A stretch of DNA of 64,000 nucleotides from an uncultured Zetaproteobacteria bacterium (GCA_964553725.1 CAZKME010000001.1:9168-73167); one strand, 5' to 3'; positions 1 to 9,872 are shown, numbered from the stretch's first letter. The notes: a model not told the origin generated them from the sequence alone. Numbers and translations: made by a program.

Positions 1-8
1 TCCTCCCG

Positions 9-434
9 CTATTTATAACTGCTTTGTTTTTTCTGACATCGAAATGAGCCGATACCATCCGATATGCAGCGATAACCCCTTGGCGCCAACCGCCGAACCG
101 GCCCGAATCTCTGCTTGCGATTCTTCGGGGAACGATAGGCGCATACCATGTAATCGCCGTTTATCGAGGCATGACCCAGTTGTAGCCTGCGGCCACGATC
201 ATTCGCCTGCCAATGGGTGGGAAGCATATCGCCCTTGATCCCCAGGAATGCTCTGGGACATTGAAATGACAGGTGATCATTCTTCCCCCCGTTACCGGAA
301 ATGGTGCCACGCCAGTCCGATTGCGCCGCCATCACTTCGACAGGAAACAGGACAACGCACCCGATGATTAGATTTAAAAGAATCGCCTTACGCCATTTAC
401 AAGCTCTCATGTCGGTAATTCTAGGCAACTGCAT
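9..434 (-). CDS. Hypothetical secreted Cys-containing protein (possible start at 410)
   Basis: Signal-peptide-like N-terminus (KWRKAILLNLIIGCVVLFPVEVMA-A) and 4 Cys in the mature part; an SD-like GGGAGGA follows its stop at the window edge, implying another gene downstream. Confidence 0.6.
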   Translation of the reverse strand: MQLPRITDMRACKWRKAILLNLIIGCVVLFPVEVMAAQSDWRGTISGNGGKNDHLSFQCPRAFLGIKGDMLPTHWQANDRGRRLQLGHASINGDYMVCAYRSPKNRKQRFGPVRRLAPRGYRCISDGIGSFRCQKKQSSYK

Positions 435-448
435 TCGGAGGGATCAAC

Positions 449-468
449 CCCCCGATCGGGGGCCCCCG
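449..468. promoter_or_regulatory. Palindrome CCCCCGATCGGGGG with overlapping CGGGGGCCCCCG, candidate operator
   Basis: Perfect 14-bp palindrome (449-462) and 12-bp palindrome (457-468) just upstream of the 9..434 gene. Confidence 0.35.
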
Positions 469-502
469 GATTCAGGCTGTTGGCATCATTCATCATCCCA
501 GT

Positions 503-632
503 GGGCGTTCTCAATCAAAAACGCCGTCCTGTTGCGCCTGAAAAAGCGCCAGCTAAGGCGAGAGGAGAGATGTTTGGTTATTCCAAATAAACGACGAACA
601 ACGCAGCATGGCGCTTTTGATTGAGAATGCCC
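503..632. mobile_element. MITE-like palindromic element (130 bp)
   Basis: Terminal inverted repeats GGGCGTTCTCAATCAAAAACGCC (503-525) and GGCGCTTTTGATTGAGAATGCCC (610-632), 21/23 match; internal TTTGG-TTATT-CCAAA hairpin. Confidence 0.7.
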
Positions 633-633
633 C

Positions 634-1278
634 CTACTCACCAGAAATCAGGCCCAGCCTGATCGCTTCAATGACCGCCTCGGCACGGCGGGACACATTG
701 AGTTTTTGATAGATCACCTTCGTGTAACTTGACACCGTGTTCAAGGTCAGCCCTATAAGATCCGCCACCTCCGGTCGACTGTATCCCTTGGCGATCAACC
801 TGAGCACTTCCTGTTCACGCCCGGTCAGTTGTTGCGATACCGACTTTTGTTCCACCCTCTGTTCGGCAAAGTAGCGCAGAATGCGCCGTGCCACTCCGGG
901 AGAAATCGGAGGCTGACCATTGACGATATCCCTGAGCATCTCAAGCTGGCTGTTGCGCGGCTGATCCTTGATCAGATAGCCATTGGCCCCTGCCCTGAGA
1001 GCCGAAAAAACATGATAATCATCATCAAATATCGTTGACATCACGATGTATGTATCCGGATGCTGCAAAACCAGCTCCCGAACCAGTTCCAGGCCGCTGC
1101 CATCGGGCAGGTTGATATCCACAAGGGCCAGTGAAAAACACTTACTGGCGCACTTCTCACGGGCATCTCTGAGCGTAACGGAACATTCCGCAACAGCATC
1201 AGGGAAGGCGCTGGAGATATTTTCCATCCACCACTCCCGCGTATCATTATGATCCTCAACGATTAAAACTGACTGCAT
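634..1278 (-). CDS. NarL/LuxR-family response regulator (REC + HTH)
   Basis: VLIVEDH, LVDINLPDGSG phospho-Asp, GANGYLIKD, LTGREQEVL HTH. Confidence 0.95.
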   Translation of the reverse strand: MQSVLIVEDHNDTREWWMENISSAFPDAVAECSVTLRDAREKCASKCFSLALVDINLPDGSGLELVRELVLQHPDTYIVMSTIFDDDYHVFSALRAGANGYLIKDQPRNSQLEMLRDIVNGQPPISPGVARRILRYFAEQRVEQKSVSQQLTGREQEVLRLIAKGYSRPEVADLIGLTLNTVSSYTKVIYQKLNVSRRAEAVIEAIRLGLISGE

Positions 1279-1284
1279 GACCAG

Positions 1285-3516
1285 CTATCCCCCTGTGTTG
1301 GCATCGCCAAGGGGTACAAGAAATGTAACGATGAATGCCTTTTTTTTGATTTGATAATCAAATTGACCGCCAATCTCCTGAATCCTCGATTGCATATTAT
1401 GCAATCCCTTGCCCAGTTGTAGCGTTTCAGGAATTTGCTTGCCAAGATTGTTTTTAATCTCTGACAGAAAATACCCATCGGAGATATCCATCGAGACGAA
1501 AATATTCGATGTTCCCGGATGTTTCAGAGCATTGGTCAACGATTCTTTAAAAGCGAGATTTATATTGTAATACTGACGATTCGTAAGCAAGCCCTGTTTC
1601 AGATTATCCGCACCCTGCCAGCACCATTCGATCCCGCTCGACTCACATCGCTCGCTGACCTGAATACGCCAGCGAGAGAAAGCCATCTCGTAATCCACCG
1701 GATCCTTTTCATCCATACTATAGATGACCTCACGAAGTGCTGTAAGGGCGGAACTGGCCAGCTTTGTCGCTCTCTCGGTTTCTAACTGATGCACAAGCGT
1801 TAACAATTGTCCGCCAACCTCATCATGCAGATCGCGCATGATACGCCTGCGCTCCTCGTTCATGCCGCGTGCATAAGAATGCAGCTGTTGTTCCGTGCGT
1901 CGAGCAATCTCAATAAGTGACTTGACGATCCTGGCATCTTCAGGAACAAACAGACGCCGTCCCTGCTCCGCATAACATAGCTCGAAGGCATCTCGCCCGT
2001 GTATGGACGGGATAAGCATTTTTCCACCATAATCCTGCAAACACACATCATCCAAAGCAGGTATCCGGGACAGATGCATGGGGTGAAAGGTCTCTTGCAA
2101 AATTTCCATCCACCACTTTTCCGAATCATCTCTGCTACGCTTCACCAGACCCAGAACCAGCGTCGGCAGGAATTGCCCAATCTCACGATGTGAGTATCCA
2201 AACAGGCGATGCCAAACCCATTGCCGAACCGGAAAATAACACCACCCCACAAGAAGAACGGCCAATGGCAGAGCATAGGAGTCAACCTGGGGCAATAGCA
2301 ATCCTATGGCCGCATCCGACGCCACAACCGCCAGACCGGCGGCAAACCACAACCAGATGTTCAACCACCAACGCTCAATATCAAACAGCCGATAACGGAT
2401 CACACCAAACACAAAGCCAAGATACAGGATCAACGCCGCCGCAAAACTCCAGACTATTGGTAATATGGAACGGTGAATCAGCATACCAGGAATGAAATAC
2501 AGTACCATGATGGCGGAAATACTAAAAAAAATAGACAACAAAACCCATTTGATGGCGGCTCGGTCAACAGGCCTATGATGTGAATGACGCCATTGCGCTA
2601 TGCCAAAAACCGCTGCAAGCAGAAACAGGAGAGCAACCGGAAAAAAATAGCTGTGGAAAGGTAACTCAAGCCATTGTCCCTGTTCGTTCATCCAGACGAG
2701 CGCCACAAAAACAATCATAATGCGTGTCATTGGCCAGGACTTTAGCGAACGGGGGTAGTGCCAGAGCAGGCCAAGCCCGCTTGCAATGTAGATAAAGATG
2801 CCCAGGTGATTGAACGCAGTAAAAAAATGAAATTGTTCCGGATTGATGGCCAGTTCACGATAGATGTATACAGCGGCGCTCGATGCTGCAATGGCGAAAC
2901 CGGCACCGGAAAAAAGCAGCAGCCTTGCCGGTAGAGAATCCATCCGTACGGAGCAGACGCCCGCACCAATCATCAGTGCAAAAAATGCAATCATGTTCAG
3001 AACCAGAAAGCTGAATGACAGGGTGGACAAAGGACGTATTTTGCCGGGCTGAACCTTGACCACACGTCCATCGCCAAGCCGTATATGGACAACGGGATCC
3101 CGCATCACCTGATACAGAGCCTGCTCACGTTCCTGCAACTTCCTCCGCTCGGAAAACAAGGACAATATGTCCGGATCCTCTATCAGAAGATTTTTGTCAA
3201 GCGACATCCATGGGGATCTTACACCCCTGATTGACTGCAAAGCATCGCCAGAGGCGATAATCGTTGCCGATGGTCCATCTGGATCAACATCAGCAACCAT
3301 TAACCCTTTCACATCACTTTCAATAAAAGAAAGCCCCAGCCATGGTTGATTAATACTATAAAAAAGTGAAACTCCGATCAGCGCCGCCCCCAACATAGCG
3401 ATGAGAACCATGAAATGTATTGGCAAATGAACATACGTGGCGAATGAAGTTGAATGATGCTCTCCATATGCTTCCCCATGTTCAGTCATGGCGTAATCCT
3501 TTGGTTCATCTGGCAT
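1285..3516 (-). CDS. Membrane sensor histidine kinase (PDZ-like domain, multiple TM helices, HisKA_3, HATPase)
   Basis: PWLGL...VADVDPDGPS...GDALQSIRG PDZ signature, many hydrophobic helices, H-box ERRRIMRDLHDEVG, N-box ESLTNALKH. Confidence 0.9.
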   Translation of the reverse strand: MPDEPKDYAMTEHGEAYGEHHSTSFATYVHLPIHFMVLIAMLGAALIGVSLFYSINQPWLGLSFIESDVKGLMVADVDPDGPSATIIASGDALQSIRGVRSPWMSLDKNLLIEDPDILSLFSERRKLQEREQALYQVMRDPVVHIRLGDGRVVKVQPGKIRPLSTLSFSFLVLNMIAFFALMIGAGVCSVRMDSLPARLLLFSGAGFAIAASSAAVYIYRELAINPEQFHFFTAFNHLGIFIYIASGLGLLWHYPRSLKSWPMTRIMIVFVALVWMNEQGQWLELPFHSYFFPVALLFLLAAVFGIAQWRHSHHRPVDRAAIKWVLLSIFFSISAIMVLYFIPGMLIHRSILPIVWSFAAALILYLGFVFGVIRYRLFDIERWWLNIWLWFAAGLAVVASDAAIGLLLPQVDSYALPLAVLLVGWCYFPVRQWVWHRLFGYSHREIGQFLPTLVLGLVKRSRDDSEKWWMEILQETFHPMHLSRIPALDDVCLQDYGGKMLIPSIHGRDAFELCYAEQGRRLFVPEDARIVKSLIEIARRTEQQLHSYARGMNEERRRIMRDLHDEVGGQLLTLVHQLETERATKLASSALTALREVIYSMDEKDPVDYEMAFSRWRIQVSERCESSGIEWCWQGADNLKQGLLTNRQYYNINLAFKESLTNALKHPGTSNIFVSMDISDGYFLSEIKNNLGKQIPETLQLGKGLHNMQSRIQEIGGQFDYQIKKKAFIVTFLVPLGDANTGG

Positions 3517-3626
3517 GCCATTTCATGAAGATCGTTCATTTATTTACAGCGCATTTTTTTCTGCTCTTTGACAAAATAATAGCGATAATAAACCCATCCT
3601 TTTTTCTGCCTGAATTGGAGCGTATT

Positions 3627-3789
3627 AATCTGGACTATTCATGAATCGCTGTGATGATCGCGCAGGACGTTTGTTCGCAACGGATTCCGAAGAAGGCGAC
3701 CGTAGCAGTGCATACGGACAACTGACAAAGGATTTGTTGCGGGCAAACGAACAAGCGAGGCGCAGCAGTATTTATGAATAATCCAGGTT
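3627..3789. mobile_element. MITE-like palindromic element, family A copy 1 (163 bp)
   Basis: TIRs AATCTGGACTATTCATGAAT and ATTTATGAATAATCCAGGTT (17/20), inner stem CGTTTGTTCGCAAC/GTTGCGGGCAAACG; homologous copy at 44933. Confidence 0.75.
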
Positions 3790-3989
3790 GAAAACCACTA
3801 TAGCCCATATTTTTATAATGTCTATACGTTGGTTTATCACATGATATGACAGACCACACACAAAGATCAGGCATCTCTTTCCTGATACCTTGCTTCAGGA
3901 AAGGTATACTGGAAGTCTGTGGGCTTGACGAGGCGGATATCTTTAACGAATTCTTTTGTTCTGACTATTCTGAATGAGGAGATACATCA

Positions 3990-5363
3990 ATGGATTATGA
4001 TGTTCTGATCGTGGGTTCCGGCCCTGCCGGCCAGCATGCTGCATGGCAGGCGGCCAGCATGGGCAAAAAAGTTGCCATCATTGAGCGTAAACCCAGCATC
4101 GGCGGGGCAGGGCTTCAGACTGGCACGATTCCGAGTAAAGCGCTGCGCGAAGCGGCTTATCTGGCCTCCCGAAGCAGTGAGCGTGGCATGCGCGAAGCCA
4201 GCCATAGAGCGCGTTACGGTATCATGGCCGAAGTTGTGCGGCGCAAAGATAATATCATTGCCCAGCAGGAAGCGGTGATTCTCAAGCGATTGCTTAAATC
4301 GGGCGTGGCACTGATTCCGGGTGAAGCAGCATTTGTGAATGCACATACGTTGGAAATTATTGGCGCTGCGGGAACATGCAGATGTTTAACGGCTGAAATT
4401 ATTATACTGGCCACAGGTTCTCGTCCTCGTCGCCCATCGGATGTTCCGTTCGATAAAAAAACCGTGCTGGATTCTACCTCTATCCTCAAACTCAAACGAT
4501 TGCCGAATAGTCTGGTAGTGATTGGCGGTGGTGTGATTGGCTGCGAATTCGTATCGATTTTTGCGGCGCTCGGCGTGGAAGTCAGTGTGGTCAATTCACA
4601 TCAACAACTGCTTTCATTTTTGAGTGATGATGTGGTCAGTGTGCTGGCGGATTCGTTTGAAAACATGGGTGTGCAACTGCACATGAATGAGCATGTCTCA
4701 GCCATTCGAAAAGATGATCATGGCGTGTTGGCGCGGCTGGAATCAGGCAAGGAATTACATGCCGATGCTGTACTGTATGCTCTGGGGCGCACACCCAATA
4801 CGCAAAGTCTGCATCCTGATAAGGCAGGCATTGAACTCGATCAGGGCTGGATTACTGTCAACGAGAACTTACAAACCAGCGTATCGCATATCTATGCGGT
4901 GGGCGATTTGGTCGGGCGCCCGGCGCTGGCTTCGACCGGCATGGAACAGGGGCGCGCTGCCAGCATTCACGCCTGTAGCGGCGAAACGCAGGCCATGGCT
5001 AAAAATCTGCCCATGGCGATCTATGCCATTCCGGAAATTTCATGGGTAGGTAAAACCGAAAAAGAGGTGCGCGCCGAAAAGATCAATTACGTGGTTGGTC
5101 GCGGTTACTATAAAGACAGCGCCCGTGGACAGATTATCGGCGATTGCAATGGCCTCGTAAAACTGATTGTCGATGCCAAAACGCATCAACTGATTGGCGT
5201 GCATATTGTCGGCGAACATGCCAGTGAACTGATCCACACCGGTCAGTTGCTGATGAATTTCAATGGCACAGTTGAAGACCTTTCCCGCAATGTATTCAAC
5301 TACCCCACCCTGGCCGAATGCTACAAACTGGCCGCCCAGGACTGCCTGCAAAAGCTGGACTGA
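3990..5363 (+). CDS. sthA: Soluble pyridine nucleotide transhydrogenase
   Basis: GSGPAG FAD motif, GTIPSKALR, GGGVIGCE NAD motif, C-terminal FNYPTLAECY typical of SthA. Confidence 0.88.
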   Translation: MDYDVLIVGSGPAGQHAAWQAASMGKKVAIIERKPSIGGAGLQTGTIPSKALREAAYLASRSSERGMREASHRARYGIMAEVVRRKDNIIAQQEAVILKRLLKSGVALIPGEAAFVNAHTLEIIGAAGTCRCLTAEIIILATGSRPRRPSDVPFDKKTVLDSTSILKLKRLPNSLVVIGGGVIGCEFVSIFAALGVEVSVVNSHQQLLSFLSDDVVSVLADSFENMGVQLHMNEHVSAIRKDDHGVLARLESGKELHADAVLYALGRTPNTQSLHPDKAGIELDQGWITVNENLQTSVSHIYAVGDLVGRPALASTGMEQGRAASIHACSGETQAMAKNLPMAIYAIPEISWVGKTEKEVRAEKINYVVGRGYYKDSARGQIIGDCNGLVKLIVDAKTHQLIGVHIVGEHASELIHTGQLLMNFNGTVEDLSRNVFNYPTLAECYKLAAQDCLQKLD

Positions 5364-5408
5364 CTGCCTGCATTTGGCATACAGGCTGGCACCCCCTAGA
5401 GTGCAGGC

Positions 5409-6044
5409 ATGGCAGTAATACAATATGGGGCACGCACACGTATCAAGGTCTGCGGCATTACCCGGCTGGAAGATGCGCGGGCGGCATCAAGGCTGGGCGT
5501 GGATGCGGTCGGATTTGTCTTTTATGAGAAATCACCGCGTTATATCGAGCCGGCCAAAGCCGCTGCGATTATCCGGCAACTACCCCCGTTTGTATCGGCA
5601 GTCGGCCTGTTTGTGAATCCATCGCAGGACTTCATTGCCAAGGTGCTGCAAAGCGTTCCACTCGGTGTGATCCAGTTACACGGGGATGAAACACCGGAAT
5701 TCTGCGAGGCGCAGCGGCGGCGCGTATTGAAAGCCCTCCATGTATCCTGCGCCGATGATTTGAAACGGGCTGCGGCCTTTAATTGCCCGATTCTGCTGGA
5801 TGCCAAAGCGCCAGCAGGTGTGTATGGCGGTACCGGTGCCACATTCGACTGGTCATTACTGCACGATTTTCAACACGATTACCCCGTATCGCTGGCTGGC
5901 GGACTGAATGTCGGGAATGTGGCCGAGGCGATGACTGTGCGTTCATGGTTTGCGCTGGATGTATCCACCGGCGTGGAGCAATCGCCGGGCATCAAGGACG
6001 CGCAAAAAATATCTGCCTTTGTCAACGCAGTGAACCTTTGCTGA
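5409..6044 (+). CDS. trpF: Phosphoribosylanthranilate isomerase
   Basis: [35 protein letters not shown]. Confidence 0.97.
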   Translation: MAVIQYGARTRIKVCGITRLEDARAASRLGVDAVGFVFYEKSPRYIEPAKAAAIIRQLPPFVSAVGLFVNPSQDFIAKVLQSVPLGVIQLHGDETPEFCEAQRRRVLKALHVSCADDLKRAAAFNCPILLDAKAPAGVYGGTGATFDWSLLHDFQHDYPVSLAGGLNVGNVAEAMTVRSWFALDVSTGVEQSPGIKDAQKISAFVNAVNLC

Positions 6045-6057
6045 ACAGGGAGTTGGT

Positions 6058-7371
6058 TTGAATCCACTAAATCTGAATCCACTAAAGCTGAATCCACCAA
6101 AACTGAGTTCATCAGATAACATACCGTCCCCCCAACATAATGATTTCGCTTCCATGTATGATTTGACAATCACCCATGCACCGGATGCGGGGGGTCATTT
6201 CGGTCGTTTCGGAGGCCGCTTTGCAGCCGAAACGCTGATGCAACCGCTGAAGGAAATCGAAGAAGCTTTTTTTGAGGCATGGAGCGATGCGGCATTCCAG
6301 GCCGAGCGCTTGAAACTGCTGGAGCATTATGTCGGACGGGCAACGCCGCTGTATCATGCCGAACGATTGTCGAACCAAAATGGCGGCGCACAGATTTATC
6401 TCAAGCGCGAAGATTTAACCCACACCGGCGCGCATAAAATCAATAACACCATCGGGCAGGGTTTATTGGCCCGGCGCATGGGCAAAAAACGCGTCATTGC
6501 CGAAACCGGGGCCGGCCAGCACGGCGTTGCTACGGCCACAGTCGCCGCCATGTTCGGCATGAGCTGCGATATTTTTATGGGTCGCGAAGATATGGCCCGA
6601 CAGATGCCGAATGTGTTAAGAATGCGCCTGCTCGGTGCCAATGTGATTCCGGTTGATTCGGGTACGGCCACACTGAAAGATGCGGTCAATGAAGCGCTGC
6701 GTAACTGGGTAGCAACTTGCGAGGATACATTCTACATCTTCGGCACGGCGGCAGGCCCGCACCCGTATCCATTGCTGGTGCGCCAGTTTCATACGGTCAT
6801 CGGGCAGGAAGCGCGGGCGCAGATTCTCAAACAGGCAGGACGCTTGCCGGATGTGGCGGTCGCCTGTGTCGGCGGCGGCTCCAATGCCATGGGTTTATTG
6901 CACCCGTTCCGCGATGATGCGTCTGTAAAACTGGTTGCTGTGGAAGCGGCTGGTTACGGGCTGACTACAGGTAAGCATGCCGCCTCGCTGGCAGCCGGAA
7001 AAGCTGGTATCTTGCATGGCAATCTCACCTATTTGCTGGAAGATGATGAGGGGCAGGTGCAGGGCACGCACAGCATTTCAGCCGGTCTCGATTATCCCGG
7101 CGTCGGGCCGGAACTCGCTTTTATGCTTGAAGAAGGACGTTTAACACTCGATGCCGCCACCGATGATGATGCGCTGGAAGCATTGCAACTGCTGACCCGT
7201 TGCGAAGGCATTATTCCGGCTCTGGAATCCAGCCATGCGCTGGCCGCCGGAGCTCGAATCGCCAGAGCCATGCATCCTGATCAGATCGTTGTGATTAACC
7301 TGTCCGGTCGCGGCGACAAGGATATGGATACGGTGTTTAAGCATCTGGGCTGGCTGGAGGAAACATCATGA
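6058..7371 (+). CDS. trpB: Tryptophan synthase beta chain (TTG start 6058 or ATG 6154)
   Basis: [12 protein letters not shown] lysine, [24 protein letters not shown]. Confidence 0.98.
   Translation: MNPLNLNPLKLNPPKLSSSDNIPSPQHNDFASMYDLTITHAPDAGGHFGRFGGRFAAETLMQPLKEIEEAFFEAWSDAAFQAERLKLLEHYVGRATPLYHAERLSNQNGGAQIYLKREDLTHTGAHKINNTIGQGLLARRMGKKRVIAETGAGQHGVATATVAAMFGMSCDIFMGREDMARQMPNVLRMRLLGANVIPVDSGTATLKDAVNEALRNWVATCEDTFYIFGTAAGPHPYPLLVRQFHTVIGQEARAQILKQAGRLPDVAVACVGGGSNAMGLLHPFRDDASVKLVAVEAAGYGLTTGKHAASLAAGKAGILHGNLTYLLEDDEGQVQGTHSISAGLDYPGVGPELAFMLEEGRLTLDAATDDDALEALQLLTRCEGIIPALESSHALAAGARIARAMHPDQIVVINLSGRGDKDMDTVFKHLGWLEETS
6059..6118 (+). repeat. 15-bp tandem repeat, 3 copies plus 1 degenerate (TGAATCCACTAAA-NC)
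   Basis: TGAATCCACTAAATC / TGAATCCACTAAAGC / TGAATCCACCAAAAC / TGAGTTCATCAGATA. Confidence 0.85.
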
Positions 7372-8180
7372 ATACGCGGTTGTCTGACGTTTTTGTACGC
7401 TGCAAAGCCGATAACCGCGCCGCTCTGGTGGGTTATCTGACCGCAGGCGATCCGGATGTGGCGGCCAGTCGCGAGCTGCTGCTGGCGCTGGCTGACAAGA
7501 CCGATATTCTGGAAATCGGCATGCCCTTTTCCGATCCGATGGCCGACGGGCCGGTGATTCAAGCCGCCAGTGAGCGGGCGCTGGCGGCAGGCGCGCATAT
7601 CGGCGATGTGTTTGACCTGACCTGCGCCGTGCGTGAGGCATATCCGGAACTTGGCATTGTACTGATGGGCTATGCCAATGTACCTTACGCTATGGGCTTT
7701 GAAATTTTCTCCGAAAAAGCCAGTGCTGCCGGCGCTGATGCGGTACTTATTGTCGATATCCCGCCGGAAGAAGGGCATATCTGCGATGCGGCGCTAAAAG
7801 CGCACAATCTGGATCGCATCCTGCTGCTTTCGCCCACATCGACGGACGAGCGCATTCAACTGGCCTGCGATAACGGCAGCGGTTTTATTTATTATGTGTC
7901 ACTGACCGGCATTACCGGCGCCGAAATGGGTGATATTGATACCATTCGCAGTAAAGTAGCGCATATTCGAGATATGAGTGAGATGCCTGTATGTGTCGGC
8001 TTTGGCATTAAAACGCCCGAACAGGCAGCGCAAGTTGCACAATTTTCCGATGGCGTGGTGGTCGGCAGCCATTTCGTATCCCGCATTACCGAAAACGATA
8101 ATGCCCTGGCAGCTATGCGCAATTCCGCCAACAGCATGCGTCAGGCGGTTTGTTTCGGAGCAGCCGGAGAATCCGCTTGA
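7368..8180 (+). CDS. trpA: Tryptophan synthase alpha chain
   Basis: [29 protein letters not shown]; ATGA overlap with trpB. Confidence 0.98.
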   Translation: MNTRLSDVFVRCKADNRAALVGYLTAGDPDVAASRELLLALADKTDILEIGMPFSDPMADGPVIQAASERALAAGAHIGDVFDLTCAVREAYPELGIVLMGYANVPYAMGFEIFSEKASAAGADAVLIVDIPPEEGHICDAALKAHNLDRILLLSPTSTDERIQLACDNGSGFIYYVSLTGITGAEMGDIDTIRSKVAHIRDMSEMPVCVGFGIKTPEQAAQVAQFSDGVVVGSHFVSRITENDNALAAMRNSANSMRQAVCFGAAGESA

Positions 8181-8962
8181 GAATCAAAGTGCTGGGCTGT
8201 TACGGCGGGCAGCTGCTCGGATTCAGGCTGACCTCTTTTCTGGTCAATGATTCGATTCTGCTGGATGCCGGCTCGCCCACCGAAGTTCTGTCACTGGAAG
8301 AGCAGCACGGCATCCGCCATATCTGCCTGTCGCACACCCATCTCGATCATATCAAGGATATCGCTTTTATAGCCGATAATCGTTCGCTGAAACGGCTTGG
8401 CGGCAATCTGGATAACCGGACAGTGACCATTCATAGCCTTGCAGAAAATAACCGGGTGCTGAAAGAGCATTTCTTGAACGGACTGATCTGGCCTGATTTC
8501 ACTCTGATTCCCAGCCAGGCGGATGCCATTCTCAGACTACAGAATATCGAGCCGGAAGTTCCCTTCGAGATTGACGGCGTTCGCATCACACCCATTGCAG
8601 TCAATCATCCTGTTCCCTGCACCGGGTTTCTGCTCGATCAGGATGATAAACAGGTGATTTATACAGCCGATACGGGCAATACGGATCGTTTATGGGAAAT
8701 CGCCAATGCCCAGCCAAACCTGAAAGCCGTCATCATGGATTGCTCATTCCCCAACGCCTATCAGTATCTGGCCGATCTCAGCGGCCATCTGACGCCGAAC
8801 GGCATACGCACGGATCTGCAAAAGTTTGAACAACTTGGTAGGGTGCCGGTCTATCTGTATCATATGAAGCCCGAATCGCTGAATATCATGACTGCCGAAG
8901 TCGAAGCGCTGGATGTGCCGCATTTGCGCATGTTGACCCAGGTGGATGAATTACTGTTCTAG
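8177..8962 (+). CDS. Class II 3',5'-cyclic-nucleotide phosphodiesterase (metallo-beta-lactamase fold)
   Basis: IKVLGCYGG, LLDAG, SHTHLDH, WPDF, DCSFPN, GHLTP, YHMKP; TTG start overlaps the trpA stop (TTGA). Confidence 0.85.
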   Translation: MRIKVLGCYGGQLLGFRLTSFLVNDSILLDAGSPTEVLSLEEQHGIRHICLSHTHLDHIKDIAFIADNRSLKRLGGNLDNRTVTIHSLAENNRVLKEHFLNGLIWPDFTLIPSQADAILRLQNIEPEVPFEIDGVRITPIAVNHPVPCTGFLLDQDDKQVIYTADTGNTDRLWEIANAQPNLKAVIMDCSFPNAYQYLADLSGHLTPNGIRTDLQKFEQLGRVPVYLYHMKPESLNIMTAEVEALDVPHLRMLTQVDELLF

Positions 8963-8999
8963 GCTACGCCCTGGACAAAGACAAGAGGTCTGCTGATTA

Positions 9000-9872
9000 A
9001 TGAGCTGGTTTACACGCCTGATTGAAACGCCAAAGAATATCCTGAAGTCCACCGACTCCGGTTCGCCGGAAGGCTTGTGGGTAAAATGCCCGAATTGCTC
9101 CGAAGCATTATACAACAAGGAACTGGATCGCAATGGTTTAGTCTGCTCAAAATGCAATCATCATTTACGCATGCCTGCACCTCAGCGCGCTGAACTGCTG
9201 TTTGACCCGGACAGTTTTGAGGAAAAAGACAACGAGCTGCGTTCTGAAGATCCGTTGAATTTTAAAGATCAGAAAAAATATAAAGACCGCACCAGAGACG
9301 CCGCCAAAAAAACCGGCCCCGAAGATTCCATTCGCAATTATCTGGGCGACATTCATGGCCGCACGATATCCGCATCTATCTTCGAATTCGGTTATATGGG
9401 CGGCAGCATGGGTTCTGTCGCCGGAGAAAAAATTGTACGCGGCATGGAACATGCGCTGGAACGGAACTGTCCCTATCTGCTAATCACCGCATCCGGCGGC
9501 GCACGCATGCAGGAAGGGGTGCTCTCGCTCATGCAGATGGCCAAAACATCGGCCACCGTCAACCAGCTCAATGACGCACGCCTGCCGTTTATCTGTCTGC
9601 TGACCGATCCGACCATGGGCGGCGTATCGGCCTCGGTGGCGTGGTTAGGCGACGTGATTATAGCCGAGCCGAAAGCTCTGATTGGCTTTGCCGGTCCGCG
9701 CGTGATTCAGGAAACAGTCGGTGAAACATTGCCGGAAGGCTTCCAGCGTTCCGAATTTCTGCTCGAACACGGCTTGGTGGATGCAGTGGTTGATCGCCGC
9801 GAATTGCGCGATTATCTGGCCACGCTGTTGAACCATTTGAGCGAGCGCCCCTACCGCCAACAAAACGGCTAA
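9000..9872 (+). CDS. accD: Acetyl-CoA carboxylase carboxyltransferase beta subunit
   Basis: WVKCPNC...CSKC zinc finger, GGSMGSV, SGGARMQEG, GFAGPRVI. Confidence 0.98.
   Translation: MSWFTRLIETPKNILKSTDSGSPEGLWVKCPNCSEALYNKELDRNGLVCSKCNHHLRMPAPQRAELLFDPDSFEEKDNELRSEDPLNFKDQKKYKDRTRDAAKKTGPEDSIRNYLGDIHGRTISASIFEFGYMGGSMGSVAGEKIVRGMEHALERNCPYLLITASGGARMQEGVLSLMQMAKTSATVNQLNDARLPFICLLTDPTMGGVSASVAWLGDVIIAEPKALIGFAGPRVIQETVGETLPEGFQRSEFLLEHGLVDAVVDRRELRDYLATLLNHLSERPYRQQNG

Noticed and set aside
6059-6118. Repeat considered as a CRISPR array or c-di-AMP riboswitch (GCTGAATCC)
   Set aside because: No spacers or cas genes, and none of the remaining ydaO riboswitch helices
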